Shown piece after piece: positions 10,876 through 20,381 of a DNA stretch of 64,000 bases; within the stretch, counting starts at the first letter, position 1; every line of letters starts with the position of its first letter. The stretch covers positions 608,001-672,000 of the forward strand of contig CAWHBU010000002.1 of assembly GCA_963827685.1 (NCBI GenBank), in the 5' to 3' direction. The translations under genes and the position numbers were made by a program. The notes under the pieces are model-generated. The model searched no databases. It was given only the letters and a program-made list of their open reading frames with translations, and was not told where the DNA came from. The stretch comes from an uncultured delta proteobacterium. Lineage in GTDB: Bacteria; Desulfobacterota; BSN033; UBA1163.

Positions 10876-10967
10876 TCGTGGCCCGTGATTCGTGACTTGT
10901 GATTCGTCGAAGTCATTAAAATTATTTTTACTTCACGAATCACCAATCGCCATTAACAATTCACGAA
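10876..10967. repeat. Inverted heptamer-repeat element (TCGTGAT / TCACGAA)
   Basis: tcgtggc ccgtgat tcgtgac ttgtgat ... tcacgaa tcaccaa tcgccat taacaat tcacgaa. Confidence 0.78.
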
Positions 10968-10972
10968 ATGAG

Positions 10973-11479
10973 ATGCATCTGATCATCGATGGCTATAATC
11001 TCCTTCACGTTAACCGCTCCTTGACCTGCCTCAATTCCACCGAACTCCGATGGGAGCGGGACCGCCTCATTGATCAACTTTCAGCCTATCAAAAACTTAA
11101 ATCCTGTGGGATGACTGTTGTTTTCGATGGATGGCAAGGAGGTTGGAACACGGAGAAAAGTGAGCATCACAGGGAGATTGAGATCATCTACTCCAAATTA
11201 GGAGAAAAGGCGGATGAGGTGATTAAACGGCTGGTCAAAGAGAAAGGTTCTGGGGCGATTGTCATTACTTCGGATCGAGATATATCAAGATTTGCTGAAC
11301 GCATGGACGTTGCCGTGATTCCCTCTGAGCCATTTCGAGAAAAGCTGGAAGTCTCTCCTAACCGGTTTGAAGAGAGCCTTGAGGAAGAGGAAGAAGAAAG
11401 AGGGGTTAGGAAAAAAGGACTCTCAAGAAGACTTTCAAAAAAGGAGAAAAGAACCAGAGCCGCCTTAAAAAAATTATGA
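10973..11479 (+). CDS. NYN domain protein (YacP/Rae1-like RNase)
   Basis: IIDGYN, VVFDG, ADEVI, VITSDR. Confidence 0.88.
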   Translation: MHLIIDGYNLLHVNRSLTCLNSTELRWERDRLIDQLSAYQKLKSCGMTVVFDGWQGGWNTEKSEHHREIEIIYSKLGEKADEVIKRLVKEKGSGAIVITSDRDISRFAERMDVAVIPSEPFREKLEVSPNRFEESLEEEEEERGVRKKGLSRRLSKKEKRTRAALKKL

Positions 11480-11480
11480 T

Positions 11481-11578
11481 AATTTAGGAATTACGGAATT
11501 TAGGAATTGCGAATCAAAAGATCAGAATGCCAATTCCTCAATTCCTGAATTCCTCAATCCCCCAATCCCTCAATCTCT
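11481..11578. repeat. Inverted octamer-repeat element (AATTTAGG / CAATTCCT)
   Basis: aatttagg aattacgg aatttagg ... caattcct caattcct gaattcct caatcccc caatccct caatctct. Confidence 0.8.
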
Positions 11579-11588
11579 CTGTCCGCAT

Positions 11589-12203
11589 TCAGCGGGCTTT
11601 CCACTTATTCTCTGTTCCTTGCAAAAGTCTGGAGATATTGGATTGGTGTCGATAGAGAATTATGCCGGCAATAATCACACTTACAGTGAAATAGGCCTGA
11701 GATTCATCCCTAAAAAAGGCAATCAGAATCGGAATGGTTGTTGCGCAAATGATGGATCCGAGAGAGATGTACCTCCATTTCCAAACGATCCCTGCAAACA
11801 TTAAAAGTTCAATAAGGACTGGAACCGTTGAGATCGGAAGGTAAAAACCCAAGGCGGTAGCAACGCCCTTTCCACCTTTAAACCCGAGAAAGATTGAGAA
11901 GACGTGACCGAGAAATGGACTTAACCCTGCAAGGGCTATCCATACGTCCCGCGAAAGACCCCATTGATCCGCAGGAACCAAATACATGGCGATAACCGTG
12001 GGAATCACCCCCTTTAACACATCTCCAATTAATGTCAGGATGCCTAATGACCTTCCGACGGTCCGAAAGATATTGGTCGCCCCAATATTTCTACTTCCTA
12101 TTTCTCTTGGGTCCACTTTGGAAAAGAGTTTAGTGAGAAGAAGTCCAGTGGGGACTGAACCTAAGAGATAACCAAAGAGAGCAATGAATATTCCGGTGGG
12201 CAT
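11589..12203 (-). CDS. plsY: Glycerol-3-phosphate acyltransferase
   Basis: YLLGSVPTG, GSRNIGATN, FKGGKGVAT, HQSNI. Confidence 0.96.
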   Translation of the reverse strand: MPTGIFIALFGYLLGSVPTGLLLTKLFSKVDPREIGSRNIGATNIFRTVGRSLGILTLIGDVLKGVIPTVIAMYLVPADQWGLSRDVWIALAGLSPFLGHVFSIFLGFKGGKGVATALGFYLPISTVPVLIELLMFAGIVWKWRYISLGSIICATTIPILIAFFRDESQAYFTVSVIIAGIILYRHQSNISRLLQGTENKWKAR

Positions 12204-12217
12204 CGAAGCACCTCACG

Positions 12218-13117
12218 CTAAATGGCTATCCTTCTTCTCCAGTTCACGAGAAAAATCCCCATGGAGACCATGGGAAGGCCTATCATTAAAGAAACAGTCA
12301 GCTCCTCGTGGAGGAGAAGGATTCCGAAAAGAACCCCGAAGATTGGGGTGAAAAAGGTGAAAGCGGAGAGCCTGCTAACTGAATATTTGTGGATGAGCTT
12401 GAACCATACCAAATAAGTAATAAAGGCGATGATGACCGATTGATAGAAGAGAGAGGCGATGATATAAGGGTCGATCCTATAAATCCACTTCGGTTCAAGG
12501 ATGATGCTCACGGCGAGCAAAATGGGGATCGAGAAGAAAAGCTGATAAAGGAAGGTGTGTATCGGTTCAACCCTTTTTGCCATAAACTTCTTGATGTAAA
12601 GGGTTGTGGCTCCCCACAAGACGGCAGCCGTGATCTGCAAAATATCTCCCAAGAACATGGTTGTTTTGGCTGTTTTGGGTCTGCCGCCAAAGACGACGAA
12701 GATGCCAGTAAAAGCCAAGATGAGACCTAAACTTTTTGCGATGGTCAGCCGGTCCTCTTTGAGAAAGAAATGAGCCCCAATGGCCACGACAAAGGGGCTC
12801 AGATAGACGAAGAGCACAGAGCGGGCGGCATCTGTATAGAGCAAGCCGAAGTAGATACAGGCGAACTCTGCTCCAAACAAAAGACCCACCATGACCCCGT
12901 GAAAGAGCATCACATCCGTGTGGAATAACTTCTCTTCCTTCCTGAGGCAGTAGATCAGCCCACAAATTGAAGCAACGATGGATCGTAAAGTTGATGCAAA
13001 AATGGGTGAGACACCTTGATTCGAATATTTGATAACAGGATAATTAAAGCCCCAAAGCAAAGTCACGATAACCAGCGTGACAACGGCTTTAAGATCCAAA
13101 TAATCTTTGCTCTCCAT
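12218..13117 (-). CDS. DMT/EamA family transporter
   Basis: Two EamA-like repeats, about 10 hydrophobic segments. Confidence 0.9.
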   Translation of the reverse strand: MESKDYLDLKAVVTLVIVTLLWGFNYPVIKYSNQGVSPIFASTLRSIVASICGLIYCLRKEEKLFHTDVMLFHGVMVGLLFGAEFACIYFGLLYTDAARSVLFVYLSPFVVAIGAHFFLKEDRLTIAKSLGLILAFTGIFVVFGGRPKTAKTTMFLGDILQITAAVLWGATTLYIKKFMAKRVEPIHTFLYQLFFSIPILLAVSIILEPKWIYRIDPYIIASLFYQSVIIAFITYLVWFKLIHKYSVSRLSAFTFFTPIFGVLFGILLLHEELTVSLMIGLPMVSMGIFLVNWRRRIAI

Positions 13118-13401
13118 TTTTCTGTTTTTTACACCATAATAACTTTTTTTGCAATATCCATCGAATTTTTACTCCGAGGGGTATAATTTCTAATCTCAAA
13201 TCTTCGTTAACTTCATTCTACTATTTTAGTAAGCTCTTATGTTGTCTAAGGACATGTTGAGATTTGCTGAAGAATCAAGATTGAGTTAACCACTTCATAG
13301 AAGGGCTATGTTGAAATAAGATTCATTAATTCTTAGAAAAGTCTTGGACCCATCTCACACAGGGGGACTTAACGATGAAGAATTAAATCTTAGATACAGT
13401 C

Positions 13402-13635
13402 ATGAATGAGATATTCCCAAGGAAGGTGAAGGGATCCATGCTTAGCGAAGAAGTCTACGATCAACTCAAGAAGATGATTCTTTCCGAGAAATTCAAGAAG
13501 GGGCAAAGGTTAATTGAAGAGAGACTTGTTCATCGGCTAAATGTGAGCAGGAATCCTGTCCGGATAGCGTTCCTTCGTTTACGCAAGGAGAAGCTGGTTA
13601 TCTGGAAATATAGAAACGGAACTTTTGTCGCTTGA
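13402..13635 (+). CDS. GntR-family winged-HTH protein (DNA-binding domain only)
   Basis: VYDQLKKMI...GQRLIE..L...LNVSRNPVR.A...L. Confidence 0.8.
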   Translation: MNEIFPRKVKGSMLSEEVYDQLKKMILSEKFKKGQRLIEERLVHRLNVSRNPVRIAFLRLRKEKLVIWKYRNGTFVA

Positions 13636-13747
13636 GATTTTTGATCCAGAACCCGGGCAGAGAGAAAAGGTTACTTTTTGCATATTAAAGATATTGGCGT
13701 AAAGCGGAACAGTTTCTGGATCACATTTGCAAAAAACAAGTTGACTT

Positions 13748-14614
13748 TTAGGGCGGTTTTTTCCTTTTCATTTCTTCGATGTCAATATCTACCTGCTTGA
13801 GCTTCTGGATGAGATAGTTTAATTCCTCATTTTCTTCGAGAATCCCCACCCAGGTTTTTGCCTGTTCGACAAAAGAACTCTTGGGGTAGTGCTTTATCAG
13901 TCTTTTGAAATATTCCAGAGATTTTTCAAGATCCTTCTGTGGATTTCTGAAATGGGCATAAATAAGTCCTAAATTTAAAAGGGCCTCGTCTTTTGGGGAT
14001 CTGGGATCGGGCAGAGATAAAACCTTCTGGTTTTCAACAACCGCCCCCTCATAATTCCCCTGAGCAAGAAGCTTCTGACTTCGGATGACGTGCTCTCTGC
14101 CTTCTCCATATTCTTCAAATTTTGTTTCCTGTTGATTCCTTCTTCTTAGTTCCTTTAACGATTCTTTCCTCTCCTCCCAATTCTTAGCCGCCTCTCCTAA
14201 TTTTTCAGCTTTTTTAGCTGTTTCCAAATTCTCCAGAAGCACCCCCACCCATATCTTGGCTTGTTCCACCTGATGAGTTTTAGGGTAATCATTTGGTATT
14301 TTCAGAAAGAGATTAAGGGATTTTTTATAATCTCTTTTGGGATTTCCGAAATGAGCATAGACGAGACCCATATTATAAAGGGCCTCAGCTTTTAGAGGTT
14401 TGTCAAGGGGAAGAGAAAGAACCTTTTGAAACTCGTCCACGGCCCCATCGTAATTCCTCTGAGAGAGAAGTGTCTGACCGCGCAAGAGATATTCCTGGGC
14501 CTGATTTCGTAAACGGGCATTCTCAATCCCTGCGCAACTGAAAAGGGGAATAAGAATCAGGCTGGCAGTACAAAAATAAACGTACTTCCATGCCCTGATC
14601 TGCTCTCTACCCAT
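13748..14614 (-). CDS. TPR lipoprotein with internal duplication (QseG/YfhG-like position)
   Basis: Lipobox LFSC; two similar modules of about 90 aa (EALxNxGLxYAHFxNP...EQAKxWVGxL). Confidence 0.8.
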   Translation of the reverse strand: MGREQIRAWKYVYFCTASLILIPLFSCAGIENARLRNQAQEYLLRGQTLLSQRNYDGAVDEFQKVLSLPLDKPLKAEALYNMGLVYAHFGNPKRDYKKSLNLFLKIPNDYPKTHQVEQAKIWVGVLLENLETAKKAEKLGEAAKNWEERKESLKELRRRNQQETKFEEYGEGREHVIRSQKLLAQGNYEGAVVENQKVLSLPDPRSPKDEALLNLGLIYAHFRNPQKDLEKSLEYFKRLIKHYPKSSFVEQAKTWVGILEENEELNYLIQKLKQVDIDIEEMKRKKPP

Positions 14615-16017
14615 ATTTTGCCACCATGACGCGTTATGATCTGCTTGGCAATGGCTAAACCCAAGCCTGTCCCCTGGATTGGAGACGATCCTCCGGTAGC
14701 TGCCTGTTGAAATTTTTCGAAAATGGTGATGAGATTTCCCGGGGGTATGCCAGGACCCGTGTCCGCAACCGAAACTACCACCGCATGGTCGGCAGACCGA
14801 ACGGAAATCCTTACTCGACCCGCCTCAGGAGTGAACTTAACGGCGTTTCCAATAATATTCCGTAGCGCTTGAAGAATCCTTTCGCTGTCGATCTTTATGA
14901 CAGGCAATCCCTCCATGGCCATTACTTCAAGATGGATTTTTTTGGCTTCTACGAGAGGGCCTATCTCCTCAACCGCTTGATCAATCAGAGGACGAATATT
15001 TTTGGGCTCAAGATTAAATGACATCATTCCTGCTTCCATTTTGGAAAGGTCTAATAAGGAGTTGAGCATTCCTATCAGTCGGTTACTCTCCTTTTCGAGC
15101 ACAGTCAGGAGATTTCTTTGCCCTTCTGTAACCGGTCCTTCTGCGCCTTCCTTGAGGAGGCCTGTTCCCATTCTGATCGTAGAGAGAGGATTGCGCAACT
15201 CGTGTGCGATCGAAGAGAAAAAATCCGACTTCATCTTATCTAATTCTTTCAGCTTATTACACATGAGATTAAAAGCACCTGCTAACTCCGCTAATTCTGG
15301 TGGAGAAGAAAGGTGGAGATCCTCTTTGAAATTTCCCTTTCCGATTTCTTTGGTCTTTTTTTCAAGAAGAGAGAGGGGATGGGTAATACTTCTATTAATC
15401 AATAAAGAAATAACAATGCCAAATATCAAGAAGGCTCCGGTCATCACCATTGCCGTTCGCCACAATTTGATTCCGATCTCATGTAACCCCTTAATCTTAT
15501 CGGTGGTATTCTGCCTCATGCTCGTTTCTAATTTTCCAAGCTCATCTATGATCGATTTTGTAGCTTTTTCCTTTTCCTGGTTGAACGATTGGCGAGAATA
15601 ACTGTTGCCAGCCTTCAGATGTTCCCATTCCTTATGGACCAACGAGTGGAAAGTTTGATAGGAATCCTTAATGTTTTTCAAAGAGGTTCTCGTTTGGGAC
15701 GAATCCGCGATGGACGTCATCTCCTCCAGATATCGATCAAAATCACTCTTAAGCAGCAGAAACTCGTTGAAAAACACATCGTCTTTAGAGATGATAAATT
15801 TCCTCTCGTATCGCACCTGTGAGAAAATAATATCTGAAAGTTTAGCTGCGTCGTCAATCATCCGGTTATTGATTGTTAAAACAGATTGGGTCACTTTATT
15901 GATCCGATCCATTTGAACAATAGCGTATGTACTCATCCCTGTCACGATAGTGAAAATAATAAGGACCCCCATAATAAGTCTTGAAAATATGGTAAGTTTC
16001 ATTTTTGGGAAGTTCAT
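14557..16017 (-). CDS. HAMP sensor histidine kinase (GlrK/QseE-like)
   Basis: 2 TM, HAMP, AHELRNPL, NAVKFT, DTGPGI, GTGLGL. Confidence 0.92.
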   Translation of the reverse strand: MNFPKMKLTIFSRLIMGVLIIFTIVTGMSTYAIVQMDRINKVTQSVLTINNRMIDDAAKLSDIIFSQVRYERKFIISKDDVFFNEFLLLKSDFDRYLEEMTSIADSSQTRTSLKNIKDSYQTFHSLVHKEWEHLKAGNSYSRQSFNQEKEKATKSIIDELGKLETSMRQNTTDKIKGLHEIGIKLWRTAMVMTGAFLIFGIVISLLINRSITHPLSLLEKKTKEIGKGNFKEDLHLSSPPELAELAGAFNLMCNKLKELDKMKSDFFSSIAHELRNPLSTIRMGTGLLKEGAEGPVTEGQRNLLTVLEKESNRLIGMLNSLLDLSKMEAGMMSFNLEPKNIRPLIDQAVEEIGPLVEAKKIHLEVMAMEGLPVIKIDSERILQALRNIIGNAVKFTPEAGRVRISVRSADHAVVVSVADTGPGIPPGNLITIFEKFQQAATGGSSPIQGTGLGLAIAKQIITRHGGKIWVESRSGHGSTFIFVLPA

Positions 16018-16182
16018 CCTCGCAAAAGGCTAATCATTTCACCAAAGAGACTTGACCCCAATCTTAAGAACGACGCACTGTATTATACCACAAAGTAAAA
16101 ATAAATGGCATATAGAAAGAGACTTGAAGAACAAAGCTTAAGAAATCAATTTTAGGATCTCAACTCAAGAAAAAATCGCTGC

Positions 16183-16219
16183 AAAAAAAGGGCTAACCTG
16201 CCTAAGTTGCCCCTTTTTT
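16183..16219. terminator. Bidirectional intrinsic terminator
   Basis: aaaaaaagggctaac-ctgcctaa-gttgcccctttttt. Confidence 0.6.
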
Positions 16220-16366
16220 CTAAACCCTCAGACGGAGTCAAAGCGGCTACCCGCTGATTACAAATGGTCTTGAGACTTTATTCATGACAGTAAGTTGTCA
16301 GGTCTGTTGAAGTAAATTGTAATACAGGTTTGCGCAATTGAAAGAGTTCGTTTCCCAATATGCTTC

Positions 16367-16585
16367 TTACTCCGTAAACTTAAGAATTTCACCTGAATTT
16401 TTATCTATCGTTATCGTAGTAAAAAAGATGTCATCAGAATCCATATTCTCTCCCAAAATCGTTCTCACCCAATTCATAATCGATTCCGGGGTTATTCTTA
16501 ACGGATTCTTTCTCCTCTCAGGAAGTGTTCCAATGAGTTGGTACCCCTTTATTGGGTCACGCCAGTAGAATTCATAGGCTAGCAT
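16367..16585 (-). CDS. Small hypothetical protein
   Basis: RBS AAGGGGG; protein-like sequence MLAYEFYWRD...LIGTLPERRKNP.RIT.ESIMNW. Confidence 0.65.
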   Translation of the reverse strand: MLAYEFYWRDPIKGYQLIGTLPERRKNPLRITPESIMNWVRTILGENMDSDDIFFTTITIDKNSGEILKFTE

Positions 16586-16841
16586 TTCTACCCCCTTGGC
16601 TCTTCAGCAGAATACATTTAGGCAGTTTTTGAGGAAGAGCCCTCTTGGGGCTGACGACTCTGACTAAGGCAGGCCTTCCTCATCCAGATTTTTTCTCTGG
16701 ATATACCTTCTAAATAGAATTCCTCCTGACCGTTTACCTCAACCTCAACGGTCTCGTTGAAATTTTTTTGTATGCTTTCAACAAATTGTTTTCCGTCAAT
16801 GCAACGGTAATTCATGCCGCTCTAATATTGATCACTTATTA

Positions 16842-17096
16842 CTACTCTTCGGTTTGCATTCTATTTCTGCGGAAGTAAGGCATAACCTCCCTTCCAAAAA
16901 TGAGGATAGTCTTTTCTATAGCGTTTGCCACCCCAAGAGCCCACTTCTTTCCGATTTTCTTTTTGAGCCAGTAATAGAAGCATATGTTTTTATTGATGAG
17001 AAAACCCTTCATCCATTTCTCCATTGATTGGGCTAATCCTTTGCAATTAAAAAGCATTTTATGTGCCAGATCACTGGAATCATTATAAGTTCTCAT
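16842..17096 (-). CDS. Hypothetical protein
   Basis: 84-aa ORF in an AT-rich region; no recognisable motif. Confidence 0.35.
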   Translation of the reverse strand: MRTYNDSSDLAHKMLFNCKGLAQSMEKWMKGFLINKNICFYYWLKKKIGKKWALGVANAIEKTILIFGREVMPYFRRNRMQTEE

Positions 17097-17314
17097 AATT
17101 ATTTACTTTTTCTCAACCCACGATATTCCAACGAAAACGAAAAGTGGAAGCCTTTTCCATAAAAGTTCTAAATAGGTTCCCTCAAAAGTGAAAAATTGTT
17201 TCCGCCGTCTGGAAGATGTGGAGTCACTAAGAAGTTACTAAGAAGCCTTTTCCCGGTTGAAAAGGCAGTTTCTTACTCTTTCTTCTGTCTCCCGTAGAGG
17301 ATAAAGTAAAAATA

Positions 17315-17350
17315 AAAAAGGCAGAGCCATTTCTGACCCCGCCTTTGTTC
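17315..17350. repeat. Terminator-like repeat, copy 1
   Basis: aaaaaggcagagccatttctgaccccgcctttgttc; similar to 17803-17840. Confidence 0.6.
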
Positions 17351-17632
17351 TTTGACAATATATTTTTTAGAGACAGGGGAAAATGAAAAGGCCGACCGAA
17401 AGCCGGCCTCTTATGTGTGTTCTCCTCTTGGAGCAATCACCCTCTTCATTTCATCAGAAGCCCGCATTAGCCGAAGAGCCTACGCATTGAAGAGTTTCCC
17501 ATTTCTCTGCTTCGTTCTCTCTGGTTCGAATCCTTTTGGGGATTCTTACGGAGTTCTAAATCCAATCCGTCCTTTTTCTTTATATTTTCTATGGCATTAA
17601 AAGGGGGTAAAAGCCATGCCATAAAATCAGAT

Positions 17633-17700
17633 AAAAAAGGGCTGAGAGGGGGGATCTCAGCCCAAGGAGGGGGAAATGAAAAAACTGTTCATTTCTCCTG
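17633..17700 (-). ncRNA. Candidate small RNA with anti-SD motif
   Basis: Minus strand: hairpin, CCCCUCCUU linker, 9-bp terminator stem plus U6; extended -10 TGaTATTCT upstream. Confidence 0.45.
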
Positions 17701-17802
17701 TAAATTTAGAATATCAAAGTGTGTGGAGATTTAAATACCGTGAAGGACGTATTTTATGACTGGAAAGACTGTATTTTTGAAACCATTGGACGCTATGAGA
17801 CT

Positions 17803-17840
17803 AAAAAGGCAGGACCATTTCTAACCCTGCCTTCGTTCTT
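17803..17840. repeat. Terminator-like repeat, copy 2
   Basis: aaaaaggcaggaccatttctaaccctgccttcgttctt. Confidence 0.6.
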
Positions 17841-17981
17841 TGGAATTGGATATTGATTTATTGTCTCCCTTGGGGATTGGGAGAAAAGCCCTCGCTTTTA
17901 GGCGAAGACTCTAGTTGACAAGTTTATAAAAACTTAATGAACAAATCAAATCTCATGCCCAGTAGAGGAAAATGAAATATA

Positions 17982-18016
17982 TTGACAGTGAATTTATTTT
18001 GTGTATATTAGACACA
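17982..18016 (+). promoter_or_regulatory. Sigma70 promoter with overlapping palindromic operator
   Basis: TTGACA-N16-TATATT; TGTGT-N7-ACACA over the -10, upstream of an RHH gene. Confidence 0.5.
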
Positions 18017-18042
18017 AAGTGATAACGGTGGCAATAAACGAA

Positions 18043-18195
18043 ATGCGAAAAAGAATGAATTTCTATTTAGCGGAGATACAGATTAAGAGGTTAAAGTCAA
18101 TTGTTAGGAAAACAGGTCTATCCGCATCAGAAATCCTTAGGCGTGCCATTGATGAATATTGGGACAAATTTGGAAGGAAGGAGAGGAAATCATGA
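18043..18195 (+). CDS. Ribbon-helix-helix (CopG-like) protein
   Basis: MRKRMNFYL...L..I..KTGLSASEILRRAIDEY. Confidence 0.8.
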   Translation: MRKRMNFYLAEIQIKRLKSIVRKTGLSASEILRRAIDEYWDKFGRKERKS

Positions 18196-18602
18196 GACGA
18201 GCAACTACTTTATTAGTGATCGTTTTAATGGGCGGGGTAGTTTTGTGGGTTTCTTGCTGCAGCATGGTGCCGACTGGACCAGTTGCCCCAGGCGGGGTAA
18301 GGTTAATAAGAATAGATATTCCACAGGAGGGGAGCATCAAAAGAAATTTACCCTTTGTGATGATTATTAATTTTGAGGCAGACGGTAAACCAGAGATTAG
18401 AACAGCCTGTTTCTACTGGTCAGGTGATGGGCCATACTGTTTTAAAGTGATGGATGTAGATTATGGTCCCCCAGGAACGATCAGAGTAGAGCCCCGTGCT
18501 AAAGATTCTGGCTCGTATGTATTGGAAACTTATGTTCTGTACATTCGAGACGGGAAGACACAACCGACTAAAGTAATAAGCTCTCCCATCAATATTCCGT
18601 AA
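18192..18602 (+). CDS. Exported/lipoprotein hypothetical protein
   Basis: Signal peptide ending in SCCS; ATGA overlap with the RHH gene. Confidence 0.65.
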   Translation: MRRATTLLVIVLMGGVVLWVSCCSMVPTGPVAPGGVRLIRIDIPQEGSIKRNLPFVMIINFEADGKPEIRTACFYWSGDGPYCFKVMDVDYGPPGTIRVEPRAKDSGSYVLETYVLYIRDGKTQPTKVISSPINIP

Positions 18603-18943
18603 CGAAGGGATTTATGGCAAAGAAAATGGATAACAGGTGACTTGCGGAGAAAGCAATATTTACAAAGGAAGATTTTGGGGAGATTGTGAGGGTGGTAGAC
18701 AATAAGATGAGGCGAGAAAGGAAGTGAGAGGGTTGTTGATCGAATCAAAGGTTATTGGAAGTGATGAAGTTGATATTTACATGTCCTACAGGTACCCGGT
18801 AACCACAATGGTTCCGCATAAGAAATTTCTGTAATGAATGTCTACCTTTTCACCAAGGAAGAACTTAATGATTTTTTGAGGGATATGACCAATATGCGCA
18901 ATTCCTTAGTCTTAGTCGAGCGAGCAGAAGCAATGGCCTAAAG

Positions 18944-19384
18944 ATGGAGGAGGTAATCCGAATGAAATCACTATCAGTCAAGTTGACGGCTATCCTTTTC
19001 ATTATCGGACTTACTGTCTTTACCCATGCGGAAGCATGGGGATTTAATTGGAAGTATTATGGGTCGAATGAAGAGGGGTCGTATTTTTATGAGACAGAGA
19101 CGATGACACGCCAGTCCCAAAATATTGTCAGGGTATGTGTGCAATCAATTTATACGGAGAAAGGCATCTCTCATTGGGTGAGGGAGGGCGGAAAGCAATT
19201 TCAGAAGTTGGACTTTAGTTTGATATTGTCTGAATTTAACTGTGTCGAAAAATCAATTCGTCATTTACGTATTGTCTTTTATTCCAAGAATGGAGAAATT
19301 TTTTACCCAATCAAAAACCAAGAATGGCATCTTTTCGTTCCAGACTCAATGTCCAGGGTTTTATTCCAGGAGATATGCAAGTAA
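18944..19384 (+). CDS. Exported hypothetical protein (surface-adhesin E-like)
   Basis: Signal peptide; WKYYG...FY; EFNC..K..R; W..FVPDS. Confidence 0.65.
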   Translation: MEEVIRMKSLSVKLTAILFIIGLTVFTHAEAWGFNWKYYGSNEEGSYFYETETMTRQSQNIVRVCVQSIYTEKGISHWVREGGKQFQKLDFSLILSEFNCVEKSIRHLRIVFYSKNGEIFYPIKNQEWHLFVPDSMSRVLFQEICK

Positions 19385-19393
19385 TAGAGAATA

Positions 19394-19470
19394 TGGTCGG
19401 GGAGAGGAGATTTGAACTCCCGACTTCTTGGTCCCGAACCAAGCGCGCTACCAGGCTGCGCTACTCCCCG
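19394..19470 (-). tRNA. tRNA-Pro (anticodon CGG)
   Basis: CGGGGAGTAGCGCAGCCTGGTAGCGCG-CTTGG-TTCGGGA-CCAAG-...GTTCAAATC...CCCCGACCA; encoded CCA. Confidence 0.97.
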
Positions 19471-19632
19471 AATCATCAAATAACGCTAAACGCATAGAGC
19501 AGAGGATACAGCGTTTTTGCATTATTAAAATACAAGATTTAATCTGAATTGTCCAGCCTTCTCTGTTGACAACCTCAGGACGGGTGGGTTAATAAAAACG
19601 AATTAAATAAAATCTATCTGCCGTTGAGGGAA

Positions 19633-20292
19633 ATGATGAAGATCGAATTCATTCAGGCAAGAGATTTGCCAGATGCGTGGTTTCAATGTGTCTATAACAT
19701 CTTCGAGAAGGGATATGAATATACCATTGACAGGGGGAGTTTTAAGGGGCAAAAAAGGATTGAATACGATTATATCGTTGTCCAAATCGCCCATCCTGGG
19801 ACGAGACCCCTGATCCCTGATATCCCTCCAGGTTGCAATGTTCCCCCTCCCACCTCCATGGAATATGTCGAGCAATATCTTGAGAAGTTGATTACCTCGA
19901 GAAAGGATGTCCACGAAACTTACACCTATGGGGAAGATCTCGAAAGGCAGATTGATGAAGTCATCCGGATGTATCGGGAGGAAGGACTGAATACCAATCA
20001 GGCTTATATGGCGGTTGGCGATGCAAGCTCGATTTTACTCCAGGACCCCCAATGCCTTCGTGGCATTGATACGCGTATTCGCTATGAAAAGCTCCATTTC
20101 ATGCTCTACTTTCGCTCGTGGGACTTATGGGCTGGATTCCCATCCAATCTCGCCGGCCTTCAGCTGCTGAAAGAGTATATGGCAAAGGAGATTGGAGTAG
20201 AGGATGGAGAGATCATCGCCTCCAGCAAGGGACTCCATATTTATGACTATTGTTGGGATCTGGCGAAGACAAGAACCGGAAGAAAAAAATAG
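19633..20292 (+). CDS. thyA: Thymidylate synthase, short archaeal-type
   Basis: YTYG, DPQC (catalytic Cys), YFRSWD...FPSN, LHIY. Confidence 0.82.
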   Translation: MMKIEFIQARDLPDAWFQCVYNIFEKGYEYTIDRGSFKGQKRIEYDYIVVQIAHPGTRPLIPDIPPGCNVPPPTSMEYVEQYLEKLITSRKDVHETYTYGEDLERQIDEVIRMYREEGLNTNQAYMAVGDASSILLQDPQCLRGIDTRIRYEKLHFMLYFRSWDLWAGFPSNLAGLQLLKEYMAKEIGVEDGEIIASSKGLHIYDYCWDLAKTRTGRKK

Positions 20293-20381
20293 TACCTTTC
20301 CAAATCCTCCTAATTATTTCATCCCGTTTGGACTTAAAAAATCTGGTAACAAATCCATTTCTCAAGTAAGGAGAAGAATAT

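Noticed and set aside
16225-16340. c-di-GMP-I (GEMM) riboswitch
   Set aside because: An AGCGGGTAGCC-like 3' end is present, but the GCAAA...GAAA...GACGCAAAG core is missing.
17885-17919. Degenerate IS605 right-end remnant (aagccctcgcttttaggcga...tagttgac)
   Set aside because: Too decayed, with no matching left end, to call.
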